Position numbers and translations under genes: made by a program
Shown: piece after piece, positions 38,544-51,168 of the stretch
Layout: every line of letters begins with the position of its first letter
How positions within the stretch are numbered: position 1 is the stretch's first letter
Assembly (NCBI GenBank): GCA_009602735.1
Contig: WELA01003365.1
Coordinates: 133,384-197,383 of the forward strand
Origin: Mesotaenium endlicherianum
Lineage: Eukaryota
Reading direction: 5' to 3'
DNA length: 64,000 bases
The notes under the pieces: generated by a model
The model's database searches: none
Seen by the model: only the letters and a program-made list of their open reading frames with translations
What the model was told of the DNA's origin: nothing

Positions 38544-39775
38544 TGTAATTAATCAGTATATTAGTAGATATAATATTCATTTAAATATAATAGTTAATTT
38601 AGTTCAGCCTGCTGAACTTTAGTTAGTAGTTAGTCTGCTGAACTTTAGTTAATAATCAGTCTGCTGGACTTTACATAATTATCAGTTTAATGACTCGGCC
38701 AAAAGCAGCAGGCTGAAGTCAACTTAAGTCAGCTTGCTGACACATTCTTTGACAGCCAGCTGACTTCCGTGCTCGGTAGCAGCGAACTGCCTTGATATGC
38801 ATCTAAGTACCACCTGCTAGATGAATGGCCAGATGACATCCCCATGATGGATGGCTATTCGGGATGATGGGAGATGGCGGTGGATTTGGTTAACCGAGGT
38901 CCTACCAACGTGGTTAACTCCCGGGTAGGCGGTGCCATCGCACTGACCGTTGAACAGTAAANNNNNNNNNNNNNNNNNNNNNNNNNNNNNNNNNNNNNNN
39001 NNNNNNNNNNNNNNNNNNNNNNNNNNNNNNNNNNNNNNNNNNNNNNNNNNNNNNNNNNNNNNNNNNNNNNNNNNNNNNNNNNNNNNNNNNNNNNNNNNNN
39101 NNNNNNNNNNNNNNNNNNNNNNNNNNNNNNNNNNNNNNNNNNNNNNNNNNNNNNNNNNNNNNNNNNNNNNNNNNNNNNNNNNNNNNNNNNNNNNNNNNNN
39201 NNNNNNNNNNNNNNNNNNNNNNNNNNNNNNNNNNNNNNNNNNNNNNNNNNNNNNNNNNNNNNNNNNNNNNNNNNNNNNNNNNNNNNNNNNNNNNNNNNNN
39301 NNNNNNNNNNNNNNNNNNNNNNNNNNNNNNNNNNNNNNNNNNNNNNNNNNNNNNNNNNNNNNNNNNNNNNNNNNNNNNNNNNNNNNNNNNNNNNNNNNNN
39401 NNNNNNNNNNNNNNNNNNNNNNNNNNNNNNNNNNNNNNNNNNNNNNNNNNNNNNNNNNNNNNNNNNNNNNNNNNNNNNNNNNNNNNNNNNNNNNNNNNNN
39501 NNNNNNNNNNNNNNNNNNNNNNNNNNNNNNNNNNNNNNNNNNNNNNNNNNNNNNNNNNNNNNNNNNNNNNNNNNNNNNNNNNNNNNNNNNNNNNNNNNNN
39601 NNNNNNNNNNNNNNNNNNNNNNNNNNNNNNNCATTTGACTGACGAGTATTATTCACTGCTAGTGTATTGTCCTTCGCCGTTTAACCAGTTAACGGAAAGT
39701 ACCATAAAGATTACTTGCTGATATAAAGATCTTTATTAATTGTTAATCGCCTATTTGGTAAGTCGATTCATTTCA
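38544..39775 (+). mobile_element. family-B LTR insertion in A2 (solo LTR, or a collapsed element across the N gap)
   Basis: B-LTR start at 38544 and end at 39775, TSD CAGGC on both sides, Ns at 38962-39631. Confidence 0.85.
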
Positions 39776-39780
39776 CAGGC

Positions 39781-42700
39781 ATCCTCTCTGAAGTCTTCGG
39801 GCTTCTAGTAGAGAGACTTGGGGCTGGTCCAAGATGGGGGTTGGCGGCATGGAAGCGCTTCCACTTTCTCTGAACTTTGTCAAGGTAGTGCGTCGCCACC
39901 CAACTATTCTCCGAATCTGGATATCCTTTCCACTTGATCAAGTATTGCTGCTGTCTCCTGAAATTTCTCATAGCCACTATGTCTTCCACTTCGTACTCCA
40001 AATGATCATCCACTATTGTTGGGGCTGGTGGGGTTGTCACACGTCCTGGGAACTTGTTGTCGGGTTGCACATATGGCTTGAAGAGGGAAGCGTGGAATAC
40101 GGGGTCGATGTGCATAGTCTGGGGAAGTTCTAGCTTGAAAGCAACGGGGTTGACTTGCTGGATAATCTTGAAGGGTCCCAAATACTTGGGAGAGAACTTG
40201 CTGCCGGCAGGCCTATTGTTCAGGGAAATATTCTTGGATGATAGTAACACGTTGTCACCCGCTCTGTACGTAATTTCTCTTCTGGATCTGTTTGCCACTC
40301 TTGCTTGAGCATCTTGTGCGTGTTGTAGAGCTTTCTTCGNTGCTTTCTTGGCTGCTGCAAGGGCTGCTTCTAATGTCTCCAAAAAATCTGTGGCTGCAGG
40401 TACTTCATGAAGGCCAGCCGTGAAGCTCGGCGGCGTGGTTGGATGGAAGCCATAGTTGAGGAAGAATAGGGACTCTTGGGTAGAGGCTCGTTGTGTTGTT
40501 GTAGGCAAACTCCAGGGGTGTCAAGTACATGTCCCAATCTTGCTCCAGAGTAGACACGTAGGCCTTTAGAGAGGTCTTTAGGGTACGATTCATACGCTCG
40601 GTTTGCCCATCTAATTACGGGTGGTAGGCAGTGGACATATCCAGCGATGTACCCAAGTTCTTGGGGAGATTTTCCCAAAAATGGCTTGTGAATCTTGGAT
40701 CTCTATCCGACACAATTCTTGATGGTAGTCCATGGAGTCGGAAGATGTTGTCAAAGATGAGTCTTGCAAGTTGTGGTGCTGTAGCCTTAGTCGTCGTGGG
40801 AATAAAATGAGCCATCTTGGTAAGTCTGTCCACCACCGTGAGTATTGCATTATGGCCTCGAGGTGTCACGGGCAAGTCCACGATAAGGTCCATTGAGATG
40901 TTCGTCCATTGTCTTTCGGGGATTGGTAGTGGTTGGAGGAGTCCTCCCGCCTTTTGCGATGATGGCTTGATTCTTTGGCATGTGTCACAGCTCCTGCAGT
41001 ANGTAGTGTTCCTTGACTTGCTTAGACATGCCTGGCCAGCAATAAGTACTGGCTAGAACGCCCGTGGTTCTTAGGATTCCGAAGTGTCCTCCAAGAGGGT
41101 TGTCTTGTGCTTCTCGTAGAAGCAAGAGCCAGAGGTCTAAGTCATTAGGAACACATCTCTGGCCCGTGTCTTGCCTCACCCAATAATTGCCTTCTTGCTT
41201 CTTGTATGGGTCCAAGGCTGCTTCTCCGTTCTTGTAGTAAGGGTCTCTTTCATAGGCGGCTGAAAATCGAGCTTCCAGATCTGTCTTCAGGGATACCATC
41301 ACTGCATTTAATTGCAGTCTTGAGAGGGGGTCAGCCGGGTTTGTCTTGCCGGGCTGGTACTGAATCGTGATGTTGTATTGTTGCAAGTATCCGCTCCATC
41401 TTGCTTGTCTCCTTGAGAGATACGGCTGCGTTTGGAGGTGCTTTAACGCCTCGTGGTCCGTGGTGACCAGTACTTTGCGTCCTTCAACGTAGCAGCGCCA
41501 AACCTTCAAGGCATGTACAATCGCCAATGCCTCTCGCTCCGTGGTTGTATAATTTTGCTCGGCTGGATTTAGCTTCCTTGACTCGTAGGCGATGGGCTGC
41601 AGTCCCTTGCCTTGGTCTTGAAGCAGGATTGCTCCTATTGCATAGGAAGATGCATCGGTGATGACGTGGAAGGGCCAATCTGGGTTTGGACTTGGGAGTG
41701 TGAGCACCGGGGATGTGGTCAATCTTCGCTTTAACTCTTGAAATGCCTCTTCCTCTTTCTCGGTCCATGTATATAGCCTGTCCTTCTTGAGTAGATCTGT
41801 CAGGGGGGCTGCTATGTGCGAGAAGCCTTGGATGAATTTTCTGTACCAATTGGCAAATCCCAAGAATGACTGGAGTTCTTTCTTGGTCGTGGGGGTTGGC
41901 CATTCCTCCACCACCGTGGTCTTCTTGGGGTCTATCTTGATGCCATCAGCAGTCACGTGGAGACCTAGGAACTCCACTTCTTGTTTGGCAAACTCGCACT
42001 TTGACTCCTTCGCAAATAGCTTGTTTATCTTCAATACTTCAAGGACTTCTTTCAAGTGTCTCGCTTGCTCTTCAAGGGTCTTGCTGTAGATAAGGATGTC
42101 ATGGATGAATACCACCACAAATCTGTCCAACATGGGCTGAAATATGGTGTTCATCATAGTCATGAAAGTTGCTGGCGCGTTGGTGAGTCCCAATGGCAGG
42201 ACCATGAACTCAAAATGTCCATATCTTGTCCTGAATGGCGTCTTCTCTATGTCCGGTTCTGCGATGCGAATCTGGTGGTAGCCGCTCCGTAAATCTTCGT
42301 AAAGTACTTGGCTCCAACCAGCCGGTCCATGAGCTCATCCATGCGCTGCAGCGGGTATTGATTCTTGATGGTGATCTTGTTGAGGGCGCGATAGTCCACA
42401 CACATCCTCAAAGTACCATCTTTCTTCTTGACAAATAGCACCGGGGCTCCAAATGGTGACTTGCTAGGTCGAATGAAGCCATGCTCCAGTAGCTCCTTGA
42501 TTTGCTTCTTGACTTCGTCTAGCTCCGTGTATGACATTTTGAACGTAGGCCAAGAGATGGGCTTGCTTCCGGGCTCCAACTCTATCTTGTGGTCTACGAA
42601 TCTTTTGGGGGGTAGGCCCTTGGGCAATTCCGGGGAGAACACTTCTTTGTAGTCCTCTAAGACTTCTTGTATCTCCTTGGGAACGGGGCTGCCTTCTTGA

Positions 42701-44576
42701 CTCTCGATGTCTTTCTTGATGTCTTTTGGCGTGATCAAGGCCAAAAGAAGCTCGTGTCCCTTCCTCACAAGTCTCTTGAGTTGGAGGGCGGACAATAGTA
42801 TCTCGTGTGCCGGCTTCTCGATGTCTTGGGTCTGGATATTCTGGATTGCGCGCAAAATACAGATTCTTGAAATGATGTCATTCTTGATCTTGATTGTATC
42901 GTCTCTCCAATCAACTTGGGGGTTGTGCTTGGTCAACCAAGGCGTCCCAAGGATGACGTCGTACTTGCCCAATTGCATGGGGGAAAACACTACTCTATCC
43001 TTGAAGGACTTGATAGAGAGTGCCAAGGGGTACGTCTTCTTGGAAGGGGTAGTATAGGAGAATCCATCGGGCATCAGAATCTCCTCGTCGTGGTCAAGAG
43101 TTTGCATAGTAATATCGTGCTTGGTGGCAAAATTTGCAGCAATAAATTTGCCTTGAGCTCCGCTATCCACCAAGATGTGGACCTTCTCTCCTCCAAGGTA
43201 ACTTCTCAAACTCATTGGGGCTGGAACGTCGTCTTCAACGGGAGTCTCCACCTCACTTGGATTGTTGTCTTCCCTTGGGGTGGTAGGCTCCTAGCCTACC
43301 GGCGCTGTCCGTTTTTTGACAACTTTTTGGGGCATGACAGTGCACGATGGCCCTTTTCCTTGCAATAAAAGCATAGTCCAGCCGTCATGAGAGCTTCTTT
43401 TTCAGCCGGGGAGAGTCTTGCGTTCACTCCTTGCTGGTTTCTTGCATCATAAGTGTCATTGGAGGGTCTTCCACTCTTCCGGGCAGCCGCGGGGTCCCTT
43501 TTAATAACTCCGATTTCCATGGGTGTGGGTCCAGATTCGGATGTGGAAGAGGCTTCGTACACCCGCGTCGCCGGAATCCGTGAAGATGGACGCACGGAGT
43601 GCTTGAAATCCAAGGTATGCACCTTTTGGGCCACTTCAATGGTCCTTGAGAAGTCCGTCAAGTCGCGTAATTCCACTTCGTCTGTCACCTTGGGCTTGAG
43701 GCCAAAGATGGAGCGGTCAATCTTCTCCTCGAGAGACATGTTGGGGATTTCAAGAGTGAGGGCGTGAAATCTGGATGTATACTCTTGAACGGACGTCGTT
43801 TGCTTGAGATGGTGGAGCTTTCCTCGGGCAATCTTCTCCGCATTGATGGGCATGAATTGCTTCTTGAGGGCCTCACGAAAATCTGCCCATCTTGCATATG
43901 ATGGTGGGGGCTCTTGGCCGAGCATGGGGTGCGCCATAGCTTGATATATAGCCGCTTGATAGTTACGCCACCATGATGTTGCTGCTCCTCTAAGTAAGGT
44001 AACGGCAAAGGGAACGTAGTCCTCCTCGGGTACTTCAAGGAATGCGAGGTACGTCTCCACTTGGTAGAGCCATAAATTCAGGTTGGCACCTTTCCCGGGG
44101 TTGAAAGTGTCGGGTTTGCCGGGCTTGATGAGTTTCCTTGCTCTCGTTGGCTCTTGTGGAGGCGCTTAAGCCGGGGCTGGATTTTGAGCATTGCTCGCAA
44201 TAGGGGCAACCATGGCAGCCATAGCTTCTCTTGACGCTTGCACGGTTGCTTCATAGGTGGCCAAGCCCACTTGGTTGTGGACGGTCATTAGGAAGGCTGC
44301 CCACTCATTTGCGGGAACTCCTTGTGGTGGGGTCAACTTTGCTATAGCGGCTGCCACGGGATTTGACGGTGCTCCTCCTTGTGGTGCTTCTTGTTGTTGC
44401 AGATTTCCTTGAGTAGGCCCTCCCATTGGCGCTGGAGGAGGGTGTACTCCTCCTTGTGGTGCTTCTTGTTGTTGCAGATTTTCTTGAGTGGGCTCTCCCA
44501 TCGGCGCTGGAGGAGGGTGTCTTGGAGAGGAAGGGCTTCCTTCGAAAGCTTGCTGTTGGTCTTGAGGTTCGGCCAT
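39781..44576 (-). pseudogene. gag-pol of element A2 with stops and frameshifts; chromodomain integrase
   Basis: Fragments 44597-44166, 44060-43296 (gag), 43251-42247 (PR/RT), 42205-40985 (RT with FIHDIL, RNase H), 40893-39781 (integrase; YEVEDIV..YLIKWKGY). Confidence 0.92.
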
Positions 44577-45349
44577 CTTTTTGTGTGAAAGGGGCAAAGT
44601 GCCCTAGTGGAAGCGTAGTGACTCACAAGGAAAGGAACTAGTTGCAATCATACTAAAGAGTGCAGCGGCATATCACTAACAAAGCTTAGGAAAAATACTC
44701 AACATTTTGAGTAGCAAGAAACTGCTCACAAATGATGTAGGATGAAAGGCCTTGTCATTACAAACCCGTAGACATTTACAGAAGTGAAAACTGATAAGAA
44801 ACAAAGAAGTTATGCCTTTTTATAATTTTCTGCCTAAGTGCTCCCCACTAGGAGGAAGCTACGGATTTTATTAAGTGTTCGTCAAATCGTCCCTTCCAGA
44901 ATATTCGTGAGTAAGCCAGATCAGTCTAATCTGACGTGTCGGGCCGAATTGACGTCCACATACATGCATCGACATTACTAGAATATTCTATCTTAGACGC
45001 GCTAGGCTAAACCGAAACTTCTTGGTAAATCGACCTAGTCGGCACTCCGCGTCAGCCGAACTTACGTGAAGGTTCGAGTTCATTCTAACGGGCCAGNTGT
45101 GAAGGTTTGAGTTCATTCTAACGGGCCAGATCGCTCGACGCTGTCGGTCAATCCGACGGTCGCGCTCACCGCGAATTAAGGACAGTCGTCAACCGACCTC
45201 AAAACTAATTAAACTTCGGAAATCCATAACTCTCTCAATACTTGACCAAATTCGATGAACTTTATATCAAAATGACCACAAAAATGCACTCTACACTACT
45301 ATACAATCAAAACATACTTTCATGATACTCAAAAATGCACTTCATAAAC

Positions 45350-48300
45350 CTATGACCTTACATCATCCCCCTTCTCAAGATGCGACGTCCTCGACGCATT
45401 CTGCAGATAACGTCTCAACTTACTCTTACAATGAGTCAAGTTGGCCTCTGGCTCCCAAGTGTTGTCGTCCGCATGGTAGCCTTTCCACTTGACCAGATAC
45501 TCTTGGACAACTCGTTGACCTCGCTTGACTCGTCGATCGTCGACAATCGCCTCCACTTCATACTGCAATACATCATCGATCTCGACCGGTGGTGGCGGNG
45601 CAATACATCATCGATCTCGATCGGTGGTGGCGGTGTAGGTAGTCGTCTAGGATGTCCTTTATTCGGGTCAACGTATGGTCGCAAACAACTAACATGCAAC
45701 ACATCATGGATACGCCATCCTGAAGGAAGTTCCAACTTGTAGGACACTAGATTCACCTGCTTGAGCACCACAAAGGGACCTGTAAACCGTGCCCGCAATT
45801 TCCTCTTGCCTGTGAAAGGTAGGTTCTCTGTACTTTGTCGCCCACATAGAATGTCACTTCCCTCCTGTGCTTGTTAGCATGCTTGACCTGCTCCTCCTGT
45901 GCCTTCCGAATACACGTCTTCGCCATATCCCAAGTCTTGGCCATCTGTTCCATAAAAGCTTGTGTAGTAGGAACCTGAGTCTCCTTGGCCTTCTCCAACA
46001 AGATGTTCCCTGGATGATATACTTCTCTCCCATAAACCATAGCGAATGGTGACTGCTTGGTCGATCCCTGCATGCTGTTGTTGTAGGCAAACTTCAGTCC
46101 TGGCAACTTCTTGTCCCACTCTGAAGGGTCCTCCATTGTGAAACTCCTGAGCACCTCTTGCAGAGTTCTGTTGAGCCTCTCACTCTGCCCGTCTGTCTGA
46201 GGATGATAGGAAGTGCTCATACTCAGCTTGGTCCCCATCAAAGTAAACAATGACCGCCAAAAGTTGCTAGTAAACCTTGGATCCCGATCTGAAACAATCA
46301 CCTTCGGCAACCCATGTAGCCTAAAAATATGATCAAAGAATAGCCGTGCCACATCTGCTGCCGTAGAAGTCTCCTTCATGGGAATGAAGTGAGCCATCTT
46401 GCTGAGTCTGTCAGACACTACCCATACTGCATCGTGCCCTTGACCACTGACTGGTAACGATGTGATGAAGTCCATAGCAATCTGCTCCCAAGGATACTCT
46501 GGAATAGGCAGGGGCCGCAATGTACCTCCCTTCTTTTGATTTGGTGTCTTGTTTCTCTGGCACGCATCGCAACTCCTGATCCACTCCTCGATGTCCTTGT
46601 CCATATTTCTCCAGTAGTATTCCCGCTTCAGCACGCTTGCCGTCTTCTCGCTTCCAAAGTGTCCAGCATATAAGCAGTCATGATGCTCCGCAAGTAGTAA
46701 GTCTCGTAGCTCCTTGATGTCAGGTACCACCACTCTCTTGGAATCACCATAATACCATATGCCGTCCTTCTTCTGCATACTCGAGTTGGACTCAGCTGCT
46801 CCACCATCAACGAACTCTGGGTCCTCCTCATAACCTCTCTGAAGCTTCTTCTTGAAGTCCATATTTTCCTTAATGACTGAAACAGCTGCAAGGTCACACC
46901 TCTTGGATAAAGCGTGTGCAGGGTTGATCTTCCCAGGTAAGTACTCAATCTTGTGGTCAAACTGTTGCAGAAACTCCATCCACCTTGCTTGTCTTGGTGT
47001 CAACGTTGGCTGCGTCATAAACTTCTCCAAGCTCTTGTGGTCGGTCTTGATGAACACCTTCCGTCCGTCCACATAACATCGCCAAATCCTCAAAGCCTGG
47101 ATAATAGCCAACATCTCTCGCTCGTGTGCTGCATAGTTCTGCTCCGCAGGACTCAACTTCCTGCTCTCATATGCCACAGGCTGTAATCCTTTGCCCTGGT
47201 CCTGGAGAAAAATGGCCCCCACTGCGAAATTTGATGCGTCCGTGATGATGGTGAAAGGAATCTCTGGACTGGCAATTGCTAACACAGGTGCCTGTGTTAA
47301 CAGCTCTTTAATCTTCTCGAAGGCTTGCTGCTCCTTGTCACCCCATAGCCACTTCTCCTGCTTCTTCAACATGTCCGTGAGCGGTGCACACACCTTGGCA
47401 TATCCTCTAATGAAACGTCGGTAATAATTCGCCATGCCGAGGAAACTCCTGAGTTGATGAATATCAGCAGGTACAGGCCAATCTCTGACTGCTTGCACCT
47501 TCTTCTGCTCCACCTTGACTCCTTCAGCTCCCACTACATGTCCAAGAAATTCGACTTCATTGAGACAGAAGTCGCACTTGCTCATCTTCCCATACAGCTT
47601 CTGATCTCTCAAGACCTCCAACACCTTCCTCAGATGTCCCACATGCTCTTCCAAGGTCTTCCAAGGTCTTCCAAGGTGCGTATTTCCAGGAAATACGCAC
47701 TTGAACTCCTCCAACAGCGCCTTAATTTGGGCAGGCATCTCAGCAGGCTCCTTCTCTTGAGCAGTTGGGCTCTGCTCCTTTTGAGCAAGGGGATCAGACA
47801 CCACTACTTGCTCCTCCAGCGATGTACATTCGCCCAGGCTGTTGAGATTCACGCTTGCTCCATCTGATGACCTGGCCAGGGCCACCGAAGCAAGGTACAT
47901 CTCCTTCACCTGATTCGCCCTGCATAGCTTCTTAACTTGCAGGCTCGACAGAAGACAGTTACTTGTGGTCGTATCTACCTCCACCTGTTTCGCTGTCTCC
48001 ATTCGACCATCACGCCCTTGGACTTTCACTTGTCCTGTGCTCCAGTGCACTTGAGGGTTGGCTTTTCTTAGCCATGGTCGGCCCAATATCACCTCATGGT
48101 GACCCAACTCTGCCTGCTCCATAACTTCAGTACTCTGGTGCCCCGCTACTTCCACGTGAATAGCTTCCGTAGGTGCACCACACTTGAGTCTCTGCCCATT
48201 TGCCAAAATTGCCTCCTTAGGCTCATAATGCTTCTGCACAGGGATTCGCCACTCTTTCACCAGCTTCTTGTGCACAAAGTTTGCACTTGCGCCACTGTCG

Positions 48301-48470
48301 ACCATACACTTCGCATTGTTGCCGTCGACCACTCCTTCCACGATGATAGGCTTGTCAACGTCTCGTCCTTTGCTTCTCGGCAGGCTCCTGGGGATAACCT
48401 CCTTGTGAGTTCTCGTCTTCACGCCAGTAGACACCCCAGAACGACTTACTGGCGTCCTCCTTTTTCCTGT
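45350..48470 (-). pseudogene. pol: Pol of element E: protease, RT remnant, RNase H, integrase, chromodomain
   Basis: MVDSGASAN; jumps from EEFKCVFP to KTLEEH so the RT core is missing; [15 protein letters not shown]; frameshifted tail with [20 protein letters not shown]. Confidence 0.9.
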
Positions 48471-49477
48471 TGTTGAGGTTGCTTCGCCTTCACATGACAA
48501 TCTCGAGCCAGATGTCCAAGCTTGCCGCAACTATAGCAAGGTCCTCTCGGCTTGAAATTCTCCTGCTTGCGCTGGTACTGCACAAGTCCCAACTCCATGG
48601 GTACTGGACCTTGAACACTCGTGTTTGGCGCTTGAGATCCAAAGTGTCGATATCCTCCAAAGTTGTGGCTGCCCCACTGCCTCTGACTATACTTCACAGC
48701 GTCGACCCTTGTTGCCAATGTCATCATTTCTCCAAGACTGGTAGCGTCCTTGAGCGCCACTTCCTTGGCCACAGTTGGCTTGAGTCCCCTCTTGAACTTG
48801 TCCATCATCTCTGACTCGTGCATGGATGGACATTGAAGCACCAGCTCGTTGAAGCGCGAAACATACTCCTGAACGCTTCCTCGCTGACGAAGGCGCACCA
48901 ATAGATCTCGAGCGGTAGCCTCGGGCACAATAGGTTGAAATTGCCTCTTCAAGCCTTCAAATAGCTGATCAACAGTAGCAGGAACTCCAGACAGCTGCTC
49001 TTCTCGTTCATACCAAGCTCCAGCACTCTTCTGCAGCAAAGTTATGACAAAGGCAACTTGCCTGTCGGGCGTGAGTGCAGAGTACTCCATGAATTTCCTC
49101 ACTCCAAAAATCCATTGATGAATAGGCGGCGATCCACGCTCTCCAGTATAAACTTCAGGCTTAGGCGCACGCACTCTTGATGCGGGTGGAATAACTGGTT
49201 GCACCACTGGGTTAACATGAATTGGTGGTACAACGGGTGCAGGTGCCGAACTCGTCGAAGCGGCGTTCCCCATAACAACTCGCACCATTCTCTCCACCTC
49301 CGCGCGCATATTTTGTTGAAACTGGGTGTAGACTTCTTCTCCAATTGCATTTGCCATTTGCCTTAGCATTGCCTGCATTTCTTGTTGCTCTCTAGTCATC
49401 GTTGGTGCTGCCTGTTGCCCCGCGCGCTCAACATGCTCGACATGTTCGCCTCCTCCAGCTGCCGGCTGCGACTCCAT
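48446..49477 (-). CDS. gag: Gag of element E
   Basis: 343 aa; LRQRGSVQEY, GPVPMELG, CYSCGKLGHLARDC. Confidence 0.9.
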   Translation of the reverse strand: MESQPAAGGGEHVEHVERAGQQAAPTMTREQQEMQAMLRQMANAIGEEVYTQFQQNMRAEVERMVRVVMGNAASTSSAPAPVVPPIHVNPVVQPVIPPASRVRAPKPEVYTGERGSPPIHQWIFGVRKFMEYSALTPDRQVAFVITLLQKSAGAWYEREEQLSGVPATVDQLFEGLKRQFQPIVPEATARDLLVRLRQRGSVQEYVSRFNELVLQCPSMHESEMMDKFKRGLKPTVAKEVALKDATSLGEMMTLATRVDAVKYSQRQWGSHNFGGYRHFGSQAPNTSVQGPVPMELGLVQYQRKQENFKPRGPCYSCGKLGHLARDCHVKAKQPQQQEKGGRQ

Positions 49478-50888
49478 AATATAATATGCAAACTAGCCCT
49501 GCTCCGATACCAGATGAAAGGGGCAAAGTGCCCTAGTGGAAGCGTAGTGACTCACGAGGAAAGGAACTAGTTGCCATCATACTAGAGAGTGCAGCGGCAT
49601 ATCACTAACAAAGCTTAGGAAAATTACTCAACATTTTGAGTAGCAAGAAACTGCTCACAAATGATGTAGGATGAAAGGCCTTGTCATTACAAACCCGTAG
49701 AAATTTACAGAAGTGAAAACTGATAAGAAACAAAGAAGTTATGCCTTTTTATAATTTTCTGCCTAAGTGCTCCCCTCTAAGAGGAAGCTACGGATTTTCC
49801 TAAGTGTTCGTCAAATCGTCCCTTCCAGAATATTCGTGAGTAAGCCAGATCAGTCTAATCTGACGTGTCGGGCCGATTTGACGTCCACATACATGCATCG
49901 ACATTACTAGAATATTCTATCTTAGACGCGCTAGGCTAAACCGAAACTTCTAGGTAAATCGACCTAGTCGGCACTCCGCGTCAGCCGAACTTACGTGAAG
50001 GTTCGAGTTCATTCTAACGGGCCAGATCGCTCGACGCTGTCGGTCAATCCGACGGTCGCGCTCACCGCGAATTAAGGACAGTCGTCAACCGACCTNGGTC
50101 GCGCTCACCGCGAATAAAGGACAGTCGTCAATCGACCTCAAAACTAATTAAACTTCGGAAATCCCTAACTCTCTCAATACTTGACCAAATTCGATGAACT
50201 TTATATCAAAATGACCACAAAAATGCACTCTACATGAATGTACAATCAAAACATAATTTTATGAAACTCAAATATGCCCTTTATAAACCTATGACCTTAC
50301 ATTGTGCTACCAAAGTGCCTAGCTCCGATACCACTGTAGTGAAACAGATAGATGAAGTACTTAGTGAAATATAATACTTTATCTATTCAAGACAAGGATC
50401 TCTGAACACAAGTGGTAGCTTCTTGAAAGAGATGGCTTCTTGAAAGTTAATATATGTCTGGATTTTGGCAAGTACAAGAGTGATTCTTCCATGTCTTTCT
50501 ATGTTCTAGCTCTTGTTTTATATACTTGCTACAAAAGTAATTTCTAGGAAGGTGTATGTTGATGTGTTGGCACCCAACACATCCCAAAATTTGCCACCTC
50601 TTTCTAGAATAATGTACACATGTCCTTTTGACCTAAAAATGGCATATTTGACTTTTGCCACGTGGAGTTAATCTAGGTCTTTCCTCTAACTTCGAAAATG
50701 CCTTAGAAGGTTCAAAGGACATGAACCAAGTCACTAGAGTACCTATTCACACTTGAATCCACACAATACTACTCCAAATATATTTGAAAACATTGAAACA
50801 TATGCAAACTAATATATAATAACTCAAATCACTACATAAAGTATTATATTTCACTAAGTACTTTATCTATCTGTTTCACTACATCGGT

Positions 50889-51168
50889 TGCCGTGGTCAT
50901 AAAAGAGCTGAAGAGATTTATGAGGTGGAGTGCAGGGCCTTGGGGTAGGACGACTGCGGAGGGCAAAGGGATTTGGGTGTTGACAAGGCTACTCTTCAAA
51001 AAGGTCTGCACACCTTCGTGGGTATGTGTGGTTACCGTACCAAAGATTTGCATATAAATGCTAATTTCCTACTTTTGAGGAAAGGCGTCACTGACGAGAT
51101 GATGGCGAAAGGTGGTGATATGTATCTGGCCCTTGGTGATGTAAAGGACAAAAATCGGGTAGGAATTG
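50889..51168 (+). pseudogene. Replitron Rep transposase fragment 2 (catalytic tyrosine motif III)
   Basis: Continues in frame from fragment 1 (KSV-AVVIKELKRFMRW), one frameshift, then KGLHTFVGMCGYRTKD (YxxK) and G..Y..LG..KDKNRV. Confidence 0.85.

Larger units (their letters stand above)
44586..50301 (-). mobile_element. chromovirus E, lacking the RT core, inserted in the leader of A2
   Basis: LTRs 49515-50301 and 44586-45362, PBS 49501-49512, PPT 45363-45376, TSD TTGTG at 44581-44585 and 50302-50306. Confidence 0.95.
37170..50836 (-). mobile_element. chromovirus A2 (same family as A1), inverted, inserted into the 3' LTR of A1
   Basis: LTRs 50335-50836 (5') and 37170-37688 (3'), PBS 50322-50333, PPT ~37690-37700, TSD TAAAG at 37165-37169 and 50837-50841. 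Confidence 0.94.
22597..50883 (+). mobile_element. Ty3/gypsy LTR retrotransposon A1 (outermost LTR element; defective, contains nested insertions)
   Basis: 5' LTR 22597-23111 (TA(TG)TAGTG..CTACA), PBS TGGTATCGGAGC 23113-23124, gag ATG 23149, 3' LTR remnant 50837-50883, TSD TCGGT at 22592-22596 and 50884-50888. Confidence 0.92.
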
